A DNA stretch of 64,000 nt from an uncultured delta proteobacterium (GTDB lineage Bacteria > Myxococcota_A > Polyangia > Palsa-1104). The stretch's first letter is position 1; the number at the start of each line of letters is the position of its first letter. The position numbers and the translations under genes were made by a program. Shown in pieces: positions 31,262 to 40,170 of this stretch. The DNA lies in assembly GCA_963785725.1 (NCBI GenBank), contig CAWAWS010000039.1, positions 416,001 through 480,000 of the forward strand, in the 5' to 3' direction. A model generated the notes under the pieces. That model did no database searches. It was not told the origin of the DNA and saw only the letters and a list, made by a program, of their open reading frames with translations.

Positions 31262-32419
31262 TTACGTGCCCTTGAAGCTCAGCCGCGGCCGCAACGTGCG
31301 CGTGATGCGCACGAGCTCGCGCTGCGCGCGCATCACGGCGCCGATGTCTTTGTAAGCCGCCGGCGCCTCTTCGCGCAGCGCCTCGGCGCGTCGATGATCG
31401 AACCACACGCCGTCGAGCTGCCGCATGAGCGCGCGCGTCGACACCTGCCGCCGCGCGTCGCCCCGCGGCAGCGCGCGGCCGGCGCCGTGCGAGCTCGACG
31501 CGAGCGCGCGCGCGACGCCGCGCCCGATGGTGTGAAAGCTCGGCGTCCCCATCGAACCGGGGATGATGCCGACCTCGCCCAAGCCCGCGGCGATCGCGCC
31601 TTTGCGATGGATCCACCATTCGGCGCCGTCGTGGAGCTCGCGCCGCGCGTGGTTGTGGTCGCAGGCAATGATGTCATCCGTCATCATTGATACGCCGAAT
31701 CGTTGGCGCATGATCTTGGCGACGGCGTCGAGCATGCGGCGGCGATTGAGGTCGGCATAGTCGATCGCCCACTGCATGTCGGACAGATACGCGCGGCCCG
31801 CTTCGCTCGTGACCTCGAGGCCGTGCAGGCCCAAGTGCCGTTCATTCGACGCGCGCAGATGATGATCGCGAATCGACTTGCCCATGATGCGCGATCCCGA
31901 GTGCACCATGAGCCACAAGCGATTGTCGTCGTCGGCTTGCAGCTCGAGGAAGTGGTTGCCGCGACCGAGCGTGCCCAATTCGCGGCGACCTTCGCGCTCG
32001 GCCAGCCGCGCCAACTGCGGATGGCTCAGCCGCTTCGCCGCCACAGTCGCCGGCAGATCGGGCGCGCGCGCCGACGGATGATGCAGCGTCGGCACCGCCG
32101 CGTACAGCGCGCCCAACAGCTGCGCGGCCGCGCCGGCGTCGTCGAGCAGCGCGGCGTCGCAGTCGAACGGCGCGGCCGCGACGCCGCAGCCGATGTCGCC
32201 GCCGACCGCCGCCGGATAGACGAGCCGCGTCGTCGCCGCCACCGTGCCGATGCAGACGTCGCCGGCCAGGTGCACGTCGGGCATGACGGCGATGCGGCGC
32301 ACGTCGTCGGCGCGCGCCAGCCGCTGCAGCGCCGCCGCGACCTCGGCCGGCAGCGGCTCGGTCAACCACGCGTCGATCGTGGCCGCAGCAGACGTGACGG
32401 TTGCCGTTTCATGCGTCAT
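31262..32419 (-). CDS. rtcB: RtcB family RNA ligase
   Basis: MPDVH, GDIGCG, GTLGRGNHFLE, HSGSR, HNH, HRKGA, PGSMG, SHGAGR, EEAPAAYK. Confidence 0.95.
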   Translation of the reverse strand: MTHETATVTSAAATIDAWLTEPLPAEVAAALQRLARADDVRRIAVMPDVHLAGDVCIGTVAATTRLVYPAAVGGDIGCGVAAAPFDCDAALLDDAGAAAQLLGALYAAVPTLHHPSARAPDLPATVAAKRLSHPQLARLAEREGRRELGTLGRGNHFLELQADDDNRLWLMVHSGSRIMGKSIRDHHLRASNERHLGLHGLEVTSEAGRAYLSDMQWAIDYADLNRRRMLDAVAKIMRQRFGVSMMTDDIIACDHNHARRELHDGAEWWIHRKGAIAAGLGEVGIIPGSMGTPSFHTIGRGVARALASSSHGAGRALPRGDARRQVSTRALMRQLDGVWFDHRRAEALREEAPAAYKDIGAVMRAQRELVRITRTLRPRLSFKGT

Positions 32420-32838
32420 TCCGGCACCTCCGCTTGCAGCGCCGGCACGATGCGAAAGGCCAGCTCCGGCGTGCGTTTTCGCTGCAGCGCTTGCGCGATC
32501 TCCTGCCGCAAGAAGCCACGTAATTCACCCAAATGCGCCAACAGCTTGGCGACGTCGACCGACAACGCGCCGGCCGGATACAGCGTCACCATCAGCCGCG
32601 AGCCGTCGGGCGCCGGCTCGACCGACATGACCGACAAGTCGCGCACCAACGAATCGCGCGACGACGAGAGCGCGACGCCCAGCGTGCGCTCGACTTCGCG
32701 GCACAGCTGCCGCGTCTTTCGTTCACTCCGTTCGTCGCGCTGCGCTTGCGGCGCACCAAAGAAGACGGACGGATCACCAATGTTACCGCACTCGTCCGGC
32801 GGCGACGCGCGCCTCCGGCGATCTCGAGAAGAGCTCAT
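32416..32838 (-). CDS. RbfA-like protein (ribosome-binding factor A paralog)
   Basis: RKTRQLCREV..L..RD..V..VEPAPDGSRLMV..GFLRQEIAQALQRKRTPELAF; ATGA overlap with rtcB; SD GGGAG. Confidence 0.8.
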   Translation of the reverse strand: MSSSRDRRRRASPPDECGNIGDPSVFFGAPQAQRDERSERKTRQLCREVERTLGVALSSSRDSLVRDLSVMSVEPAPDGSRLMVTLYPAGALSVDVAKLLAHLGELRGFLRQEIAQALQRKRTPELAFRIVPALQAEVPE

Positions 32839-32843
32839 GAAAA

Positions 32844-33005
32844 CTCCCACCAGGCGACGGCAAGAGCCGTCGCGCTCGTGTCCACGACCGATTGAAATGG
32901 GTGAGAGCCTGGCGGACGCGGCGGAGCGGAATGCTACCGAGCGACGAAGCCGAGGCTCGACGAGAAACGAAGATTCACACGCATGGTCGGCCTCCTTCGG
33001 CTTCG
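32844..33005 (-). promoter_or_regulatory. Putative translational attenuator 5' leader
   Basis: Perfect hairpin 32854-32873 next to the SD; anti-SD CTCTCACC (32900-32907) can pair with GGTGGGAG (32844-32851); leader SD region 32994-33005 can pair with 32945-32955. Confidence 0.55.
32934..32984 (-). CDS. Putative 16-aa leader peptide MRVNLRFSSSLGFVAR
   Basis: AAGGAGG SD (32991-32997) 6 nt before ATG; stops 95 nt before the RbfA-like start. Confidence 0.6.
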   Translation of the reverse strand: MRVNLRFSSSLGFVAR

Positions 33006-33160
33006 CGTTCGCGAGAGTGCGATGAGCGAAGCCGGCAAGGTAAAGATCGCTGCGCCAATCGTCAAGCGCGTCGTCGCAAACGGCTACGGCGACATGCGTT
33101 TCGTCACGGGTTGCGCGCGGCTCTTTTGACGCGGCGTCGGCGAACCTGGCAAGCTGAGGC

Positions 33161-34336
33161 GTGCGATTTGCTTTGGCGTCCTTCGCGGTCCTCACCGTCG
33201 CCTGTTCGGCGCCGACCGCCGTCGTCGTCGACTTGACCCTCGCCTCCGGCGATGCGACGCCGTCGACGTTGACGGCCAGCGTTTACGATCGCACGCACGC
33301 GCTGACGCTGCTGCGCACCGTGCCCGATCCGCGCTTTCCCGGCGCGCTGGCGCTGACCGGCCTGCCCGACTCCGCCGAGCCGCTGCGCATCGCCTTCGAC
33401 GACCCGGTCGCGCTCGCCGGCGTCACCGTCGAGCTCGCGCCGCATCACACGACGCACGTCGCCGCCGAGCTGACCGTCGCCACCGTCGACAGCGACTTGG
33501 ACGGCGTGTCCGACGCCATCGACAACTGCACGTTCGTCGCCAATCCCGACCAAGCCGACGCCAACGGCGACGGCACCGGCGACGCGTGCGCCGGCGGCCG
33601 CGACGCAGGCGCGAGCTCGGACTTGGCCTACGACGTCCCGCGCGATCTGTATGGGGCCGTCGCCAGCGCGTGCCCGATCGCCGGCACGACGCTGTGCGAA
33701 GGCTGGGAGAACGGCATCCCTGCGATCTGGCAGCCCGCCACCGACAACACCGTCACGTCCAGCGTCACCATCGACAGCGTGCACACCTACAAGGGCAACG
33801 GCGCGCTGCACCTGCACACCGCGGCCAAAGCCGGCGGCGTCTACACCGAGACCGACCTGGCGGAGACGGCGTCGTTCCCGCTGGCGACGGCGTACATGCG
33901 CACGTACGTCTACTTGCCGAGCGCCACCGAGCCGCTCGACTCGTCGATCTTGTCGCTCTACCAAAGCGACGCCGAGCCCTACGAAAACGCCTATCTCACG
34001 CTCGATAGCGGCGGGCACCTCGGCTTCGTGGACACGGTGGCGAAGTCGTCGCCGGTGTTGACCGCGCCGACGGCGATGCCGACCGATCGCTGGGTCTGCC
34101 TCGAGTGGTCGTTCACCGATCAGACGAGCGACATGGCCGGCGCCAGCGGCGCGCTCGACGTCTGGATCGACGGCGCCGAGGTGCCGGCGCTGCATGCGAC
34201 GATGAACGTCGCGTCGTGGCCGCCGTTCACGGAGTTCGCGCTCGCGCTCAACAACGAATCCGACCCGCGCCCGGCCGGCAGCGACATCTGGTTCGACGAG
34301 CTGGCCATCGGCCCGGCGCGCATCGGCTGCGAGTGA
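33161..34336 (+). CDS. Lipoprotein with thrombospondin type-3 repeat and C-terminal jelly-roll domain
   Basis: Lipobox TVAC; DSDLDGVSDAIDNCTFVANPDQADANGDGTGDAC; MPTDRWVCLEW, IWFDELAI...IGC. Confidence 0.75.
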   Translation: MRFALASFAVLTVACSAPTAVVVDLTLASGDATPSTLTASVYDRTHALTLLRTVPDPRFPGALALTGLPDSAEPLRIAFDDPVALAGVTVELAPHHTTHVAAELTVATVDSDLDGVSDAIDNCTFVANPDQADANGDGTGDACAGGRDAGASSDLAYDVPRDLYGAVASACPIAGTTLCEGWENGIPAIWQPATDNTVTSSVTIDSVHTYKGNGALHLHTAAKAGGVYTETDLAETASFPLATAYMRTYVYLPSATEPLDSSILSLYQSDAEPYENAYLTLDSGGHLGFVDTVAKSSPVLTAPTAMPTDRWVCLEWSFTDQTSDMAGASGALDVWIDGAEVPALHATMNVASWPPFTEFALALNNESDPRPAGSDIWFDELAIGPARIGCE

Positions 34337-34506
34337 CCGAGCGTGTCAAAAATAATCACCCGTCTTCGATGTATAAGTACATGAAACAGCTGACCTTGCG
34401 ATTGACGCAGCCGGGTAAGTTGCGATTACATCTGACCAAACAGTCAGGCGGAACTATCTATTGAATAAGGTATGATGTTCGTCGTCGTACCAGCGTGGAG
34501 GAAGTC

Positions 34507-35283
34507 ATGAAGACCCTGCAGATTGCGTCGCTCTCGCTCGTCCTGTTCGGATCGGGCTTGGCGTCCGCTCAAGAGCCGGCGGAAGACGCCCAGCCGCAGG
34601 CGATCCAACCGGCATCGCCACAACCGACCATGCAGCCGCCGGCGCCGCGCGTCGTGCCCGCGCCGCCGCAAACGCAGCAGCAGCAAATCGCCGTCGAGCC
34701 ACAGGCGCAGCAGCAGGCGCCTGCGAACGGCCAGTGGGTGTACACGCAGCAGAACGGCTGGCTGTGGATGCCCTATGGCCAGGAATATATGTCGCAGACG
34801 ACGGACGCCGAGGGCGCGCCCTACGAATATGTCTACGAGCCTAGCTACGGCTGGAACTGGGTCGCGGCGCCGTGGACGATCGGCATCGGCGTGAGCCCGT
34901 TCTTCGGCGTCTACGGTCCGGGCCGCTTCGGCTGGTACCATCCCGGCTTCTACACGCCGGGCTGGGCTTACGCGCACGGCTACGGTCGCGGTTACGGCTA
35001 CGGGGGTCGCGGCTTCTACGGTCACGGCGGTTACTACGGCGGCTATCGCGGCGCGCCGGCGTTCCGCGCCGGTGTCGGCGTCGGCTTCCGCGGCGCGCCC
35101 GGCGTGTATCGCGGCGGCGTCGGCTTCCGCGGCCCGTCGGTGGGCGTCGGCTTCCGCGGTCCGGTCGGCGGCGGCTTTCACGGCGCGGTCGGCGGCGGCT
35201 TCCACGGGGGTGGCGGCTTCCACGGCGGCGGCGGCGGCGGCTTCCACGGCGGTGGCGGCGGTCACGGCGGCGGTCACCGCTAA
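34507..35283 (+). CDS. Secreted Gln/Pro- and Gly-rich protein
   Basis: Signal peptide, GQWVYTQQNGWLWMPYG core, GVGFRG and GGFHG repeats; SD GGAGG. Confidence 0.8.
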   Translation: MKTLQIASLSLVLFGSGLASAQEPAEDAQPQAIQPASPQPTMQPPAPRVVPAPPQTQQQQIAVEPQAQQQAPANGQWVYTQQNGWLWMPYGQEYMSQTTDAEGAPYEYVYEPSYGWNWVAAPWTIGIGVSPFFGVYGPGRFGWYHPGFYTPGWAYAHGYGRGYGYGGRGFYGHGGYYGGYRGAPAFRAGVGVGFRGAPGVYRGGVGFRGPSVGVGFRGPVGGGFHGAVGGGFHGGGGFHGGGGGGFHGGGGGHGGGHR

Positions 35284-35461
35284 CCAGCCCGCAGCATCAC
35301 CCGCAGCGATCGCGTAACACTCGCAACAAACCCCTCATTTCACGCTCGAGAAGTACCGCGCGGCCGAGACGGCAAGGCCGCGCGGTCGCTGCGCCGTCGG
35401 CACGTCCGCGGCGGGGCGCGGCAGTTAGACAAGGCCGCGCGGTCGCTGATATAATCGAAGG

Positions 35462-35749
35462 ATGCGGCTTCTCTTAATCCTAGCGCTGGGCCTCGGGGTC
35501 ATCGGCTGCGGCGACGACGACATGAAGCCCACCGTCGACGCGTCGCTGCCTCGCTGTGCGGGCCAGCCCAACCAAGGCGGGCTCTGCTCGCCCGACGTCA
35601 ACCAGCCGTGCGTCGACGCGTCGCTGCTCTTGTGCTCGTGCGAGTGCGGCTTCTTGTGGATCTGCGGCCTCAACATCGCCTGCGACATGGGCACGGTCAC
35701 GATCACGCCGCTCGACATGACCGGCGTCGACCTCTCCAGCCACGATTAG
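35462..35749 (+). CDS. Small Cys-rich lipoprotein
   Basis: Lipobox VIGC, eight further Cys, D-[LM]-[STG] tail. Confidence 0.7.
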   Translation: MRLLLILALGLGVIGCGDDDMKPTVDASLPRCAGQPNQGGLCSPDVNQPCVDASLLLCSCECGFLWICGLNIACDMGTVTITPLDMTGVDLSSHD

Positions 35750-35806
35750 CGCTGCCTACGATGCGGTTTCGCGTCCGCATTTCGTGGTAGGAGAACGATC
35801 CCTCAA

Positions 35807-37051
35807 ATGGCGTCTTGCGGACTCGATTTCGGCACCAGCAACAGCACCGTCGCGCTGCCGTCGGGGCAAGCGCTCCCCATCGATCCCAACGCGCCGTCGC
35901 CGCGGCTGTTTCGTTCGGTGCTGTTCTTTCCCGAAGAGGCCAAGAACGTGCTCGCCGGGTTCGCGGCCATCGAGGAGTATCTCGAGCGCTCCGAAGGTCG
36001 CTTCATTCAGTCGGTCAAAGGCTGGCTGCCGTCGACGTCGTTCACGGCGACGCAGATTCGCAACAAGGCGTTCAAGCTCGAGGATCTGATCGCGCTACTG
36101 CTGCGGCGGATTCGCGAAGCGGCCGAGAGCGCGGCCGGCACGACGCTCGAAGAGGTGACGCTCGGTAGGCCGGCGGTGTTCTCGCCCGACGCCGCCGCCG
36201 ACGCGCACGCCGAGGCGCGCCTGCGCCGCGCGGCCGAGCTGGCCGGCTTCCGCGACATTCGCTTCCTCATCGAGCCGATCGCGGCGGCCTTGGCGTACGA
36301 AGCGACGCTGACGCACGACGAATTGGTGCTCGTGGCCGACTTCGGCGCCGGCACGTCGGACCTGACGCTGATGCGGCTCGGTCCCGGTCGCGGCGGCGCG
36401 CGCGATCGGCGCGCCGACGTCGTGGCATCGGGCGGCATCGACATCGGCGGCGATCGCTTCGACGCCGCCATCATGCGGCACAAGCTCTTGCGGCACTTCG
36501 GCGCCGGATCGACGTACGAGCAGCAGGGCAAGCAGATGCCGATCCCCAATCACATCTTGGGGAAGCTGCTGTCGTGGCACGAGATGTCGTTCATTCGCGA
36601 GCGCTCGACGCAGCAGCTCATCGATCGCATGCTGTACGCGAGCGACAACGTGCCGGCGATCGAGGCGCTGTACGATCTCGTCGAGGAGAACTTGGGCTAT
36701 CGGCTGTTTCGCGCGATCGAGGCGGCCAAGATTCGCCTGTCGGCGGGCGACGCGACGACGATCGACTTCGAAGAGGCGCGCATCAGCATTCACGAGCCGA
36801 TCACGCGCGCCGAGTTCGAGCAGTTCTCGGCGCCGCTGTTGGCCGGTTTGGCGACGACGACGCAGGAAGTGCTCGACCGCGCGCAAGTGGCGCCTAGCGC
36901 GATCGATTCGGTGTTCTTGACCGGCGGCTCGTCGCAGATTCCGGCGGTGCGGCGGCTGTTCGGGCAGCAGTTCGGCGACGCCAAGCTGCGCACGGCCGAC
37001 GCGTTCACCAGCGTCGCCGAAGGCCTCGGCCGCAGCGCCGGCGCGCGGTAA
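35807..37051 (+). CDS. yegD: Hsp70 family protein, YegD-like
   Basis: GLDFGTSNS, GRFIQSVK, EPIAAA, DFGAGTSD, FLTGGSS, FTSVAEGL; no substrate-binding domain. Confidence 0.85.
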   Translation: MASCGLDFGTSNSTVALPSGQALPIDPNAPSPRLFRSVLFFPEEAKNVLAGFAAIEEYLERSEGRFIQSVKGWLPSTSFTATQIRNKAFKLEDLIALLLRRIREAAESAAGTTLEEVTLGRPAVFSPDAAADAHAEARLRRAAELAGFRDIRFLIEPIAAALAYEATLTHDELVLVADFGAGTSDLTLMRLGPGRGGARDRRADVVASGGIDIGGDRFDAAIMRHKLLRHFGAGSTYEQQGKQMPIPNHILGKLLSWHEMSFIRERSTQQLIDRMLYASDNVPAIEALYDLVEENLGYRLFRAIEAAKIRLSAGDATTIDFEEARISIHEPITRAEFEQFSAPLLAGLATTTQEVLDRAQVAPSAIDSVFLTGGSSQIPAVRRLFGQQFGDAKLRTADAFTSVAEGLGRSAGAR

Positions 37052-37267
37052 AGCCAAGCATCGCTTCAGCCATTTCGCCTACCGTTCGATCTAACTGGAC
37101 GTTCGTCGCGCCTAGTCTAGTCGGCGTAGCCAAACGCGCTCGATCGGGCGCGACGCTGGCTTCTCCGGCGCGAACGAAGTGGCCGGGCGCGACTGCAAAC
37201 GAACGTGCGCGACGGTTGATCGCGCGCACACGAGGCCCCGATTTGGCGCGCGGGTACACTCACGAGG

Positions 37268-37564
37268 ATGGCCAAGCTCATCGATTGTGCGACGTGCGGC
37301 GGGCTGATTCCGGCGGATCGACGCTGCTGTCCCCATTGCCATTGTAAGACTTCGTTGTGGAAGCATTGGGCGCTGGCGCTGTCGGCCGCGCTCGGGCTCG
37401 GCGCCGCCGGCTGCGACTCGACGACGGTTGTCACGCACTACGGCGGCGCGATGATCGGCGGTGGCGGCGGAAGCAGCGGCGGCGGCGGCACGATCGCGCG
37501 CGACATGGCCGTGCCCGACTCGAGCGGCGGCGACGACGCGGGGAATCCCGACGGCGGCAAGTGA
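37268..37564 (+). CDS. Zn-ribbon + lipoprotein-like small protein; putative radical SAM substrate
   Basis: CATC-x10-CPHC, hydrophobic helix, LGAAGC lipobox, VVTHYGG; GTGA overlap with the radical SAM gene. Confidence 0.75.
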   Translation: MAKLIDCATCGGLIPADRRCCPHCHCKTSLWKHWALALSAALGLGAAGCDSTTVVTHYGGAMIGGGGGSSGGGGTIARDMAVPDSSGGDDAGNPDGGK

Positions 37565-38811
37565 CCGACGAGCTCGTGCAGCTGCGGCAGTCGTCGCGGC
37601 GGCCCGATCACGCGCGCGCTGAGCATCCGCGTTATGTCGTGTGGGAGCTGACGCTGAAGTGCGATCAGCGCTGCGCGCACTGCGGCTCGCGCGCGGCCGA
37701 GGCGCGCGACGACGAGCTGACGACGGACGAGGCGCTCGACGTCGTGCGCCAGCTTCAGGCGGCGGGCGCGCAAGAGGTGACGCTCATCGGCGGCGAGGCC
37801 TATTTGCACGCGGGATTCCTCGCCGTCGCGCGCGCCGTCGTCGCCGCCGGCATGCGCCTGACGATGACGACCGGTGGCCGCGCGCTCACCGCCGAATTGG
37901 CCGCGCAGCTGGCCGCCGTCGGCATGTACTCGGTCGCCGTCAGCGTCGACGGGCTGCGCGCCACGCACGATCTCGTGCGCGCGCGGCGCGGCAGCTTCGA
38001 TGACGCGCTGGCGGCCATCGCCCACGTGCGCGCGGCCGGGTTGCCGGCCGGCTGCAACACGGTCGTCAATCGGCTGAACGTCGACGAGCTGGAGACGCTG
38101 TTCGAGACGCTGGTGGCGGCGGGAATTCGCGGCTGGCAGGTGCAGCTGGTCGTGCCGATGGGGCGCGCCGCCGACCGACCGGACCTCTTGCTGCAGCCGT
38201 GGCAGCTGCTCGAGCTGGTGCCGCGGATCGCGCGGCTCAAAGAGCGCGCCTTCGCCGCCGGCATCCTGCTCATGCCCGGCAATAATGTCGGTTACTACAG
38301 CCGCGACGAGAAGCTCTTGCGCTCGGTCGAGCCCGGCGGCCGCGATCATTGGCGCGGCTGTCAGGCCGGCCGCTTCGTCATGGGCATCGAGTCGAACGGC
38401 GCCGTCAAAGGCTGCCCGTCCTTGCCGACGCGCGGGTACGTCGGCGGCAACGTGCGCGACCGCTCGCTGGCCAGCATCTGGGACGACACGCCCGAGCTCG
38501 CCTTCGCCCGCGTCCGTACCGTCGACGATTTGTGGGGCTTTTGTCGCAGCTGCCCGTTCGCCGAGAGCTGCCTCGCCGGCTGCACGTTCACGACGCATTC
38601 GTTGCTCGGTCGCCCCGGCAATAATGTCTATTGTCATTATAGGGCCAAGACGTTGGCCGCCGAGGGCTTGCGCGAGCGGCTGGTGCCGGCGGCGCGCGCG
38701 CCGGGCGAGCCGTTCGATTACGGCCGCTACGACATCGTGTGTGAACCGATCGACGCGCCGGCGCCGCCGCCCGCGCGGGGCCTGGCCGCATTGCGCGTCT
38801 GGCGCGGCTGA
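37561..38811 (+). CDS. Radical SAM/SPASM protein
   Basis: VWELTLKCDQRCAHCGS (CX3CX2C), LIGGE; SPASM CQAG..GAVKGC..CRSC..SCLAGC..YCHYR. Confidence 0.95.
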   Translation: MTDELVQLRQSSRRPDHARAEHPRYVVWELTLKCDQRCAHCGSRAAEARDDELTTDEALDVVRQLQAAGAQEVTLIGGEAYLHAGFLAVARAVVAAGMRLTMTTGGRALTAELAAQLAAVGMYSVAVSVDGLRATHDLVRARRGSFDDALAAIAHVRAAGLPAGCNTVVNRLNVDELETLFETLVAAGIRGWQVQLVVPMGRAADRPDLLLQPWQLLELVPRIARLKERAFAAGILLMPGNNVGYYSRDEKLLRSVEPGGRDHWRGCQAGRFVMGIESNGAVKGCPSLPTRGYVGGNVRDRSLASIWDDTPELAFARVRTVDDLWGFCRSCPFAESCLAGCTFTTHSLLGRPGNNVYCHYRAKTLAAEGLRERLVPAARAPGEPFDYGRYDIVCEPIDAPAPPPARGLAALRVWRG

Positions 38812-38940
38812 TCCTCGGCGCCGCCGGCGGCGCCACGAATCACGGCGAGCTCGTAGGCGCGCCAATAATGACGGGAATCGCGGTTAATTTTTCGTCGCGC
38901 AGGCGATGACGCGAATTGCGGCTGCGCGGCGCGCTGGGGA

Positions 38941-39741
38941 TTAGGCGAATTGCGGCTGCGCGGCGCAGACGGCCGCGAAATCGGCGGGCGCATCCGACGG
39001 GCGCGGCGCGTCGGCGCGCGCGAGGCGTTCGAGCCAGCGACGGTCGAGCGGGCGCGCCAAATCGGCGGCGACGACGGCGGCGGCGGTCGTTTGCGCCTTG
39101 TCGCCGATGGGATCGCCGACGCCGACGGCCCAGCCGGCGACGAGCAGCGCCACGCGCGTCGCCGTCGACGCGCTGTAGGTCACGAGCGTGCAGCGCGGGC
39201 CGGCCGTGGCGCGCAGCGCGCGGAAGGCGGCGATCGTCCACAGCGACGGGTTGGCGCGCGGCGAAAACGGATCCCAGAAGACGATGTCGGCGCGCTCGGT
39301 CTCGCGGTGCAGGCAGTCGAGCAGCTCGCCGTGACGGAGCAGCCAGCGGGTGCGTGCGTCTTCATGGCCGCCGTCGGCGAGGAGGGTGCGCGCGGCGTGG
39401 CCGTGGTCGCCGTCGAGGCCGAAGGCGGCGGCGTGGTCGAGCGCCAGCGTCAACGCGCCCAAGTCGCGCTCGAAGCTGACGAGGTGCAGCTGTGCGGCGT
39501 CGTGTGGCGCGCGGGCGGATTCGGCGCGCGCGGCGACGGCGTTCGAGCCCGCGCCGAGGCCGACGTCGAAGACGACGAGCGGCGCCGTCGCGTCGCGCAG
39601 GCGGTCGCCGAGTCGGGACTGCTGCACGTAGAGCCGGTCGGCCTCGACGAGCGGGCCGACGCCGGGATGCATGACCTCGCCCGCGTCCAAGGAGCGCATG
39701 GCGAGCGTGCCGCCGCGCGTGCGGACGACTTCGTGGGTCAT
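38941..39741 (-). CDS. MnmC/MnmD-like SAM-dependent methyltransferase
   Basis: GEVMH..GPLVEA..LYV, DVGLGAGSN, LVSFE, FWDPFSPRANPSLWT, LVTYS. Confidence 0.85.
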   Translation of the reverse strand: MTHEVVRTRGGTLAMRSLDAGEVMHPGVGPLVEADRLYVQQSRLGDRLRDATAPLVVFDVGLGAGSNAVAARAESARAPHDAAQLHLVSFERDLGALTLALDHAAAFGLDGDHGHAARTLLADGGHEDARTRWLLRHGELLDCLHRETERADIVFWDPFSPRANPSLWTIAAFRALRATAGPRCTLVTYSASTATRVALLVAGWAVGVGDPIGDKAQTTAAAVVAADLARPLDRRWLERLARADAPRPSDAPADFAAVCAAQPQFA

Positions 39742-39829
39742 GCGCGCGCTCGACGGCGGAGCGGGCGCGTCATTCGGCACGCGATGCGCGCCCGATGGCC
39801 TGCGTGGCGCGTCATCGGACGCGGCTGTA

Positions 39830-40155
39830 GCGGTTGCGCGGCGAGCGCGACGCGGTTGCGCGGCGAGCGCGACGCGGTTGCCTGGCGAGCGCGACGCGGT
39901 TGTGCGGCGAGCGCGACGCGGGCGCGCGGTTCGCGAGCATGGGCGCGCCGTGCGAGTCGCGCGGCGCGAGCGCGGCGGGTTCGTCGTTCGCGAACATGGG
40001 TTCGCGGCGTGCGTCGCGCGGCGAGCGCGAAGCCGGCATGCAGCTCGCACGGCGTGCGTCGCGCGGCGAGCGCGAAGCCGGCGTGCAGCTCGCGAAAATG
40101 AGCGCGCGGCGTGGGCTCAGCGACGAGCGCGACGCCGACGCGCGCGTCGCGCTCG
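39830..40155. repeat. Degenerate intergenic tandem repeats between tgt and the MnmC-like gene
   Basis: GGCGAGCGCGACGCGGTTG about 4 times (period about 22) and GCGTCGCGCGGCGAGCGCGAAGCCGGCRTGCAGCTCGC twice. Confidence 0.8.
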
Positions 40156-40170
40156 AGCGTTCGCCGCAGA

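Noticed and set aside
32839..33195. N-terminal extension of the RbfA-like ORF (259-aa call)
   Set aside because: It has no protein-like features, the ATG at 32838 has its own SD, and the region is better explained as a leader.
34340..34500. AT-rich stretch as ncRNA or ECF promoter
   Set aside because: Only a 5-bp inverted repeat and a GGAAC are visible, too little to call.
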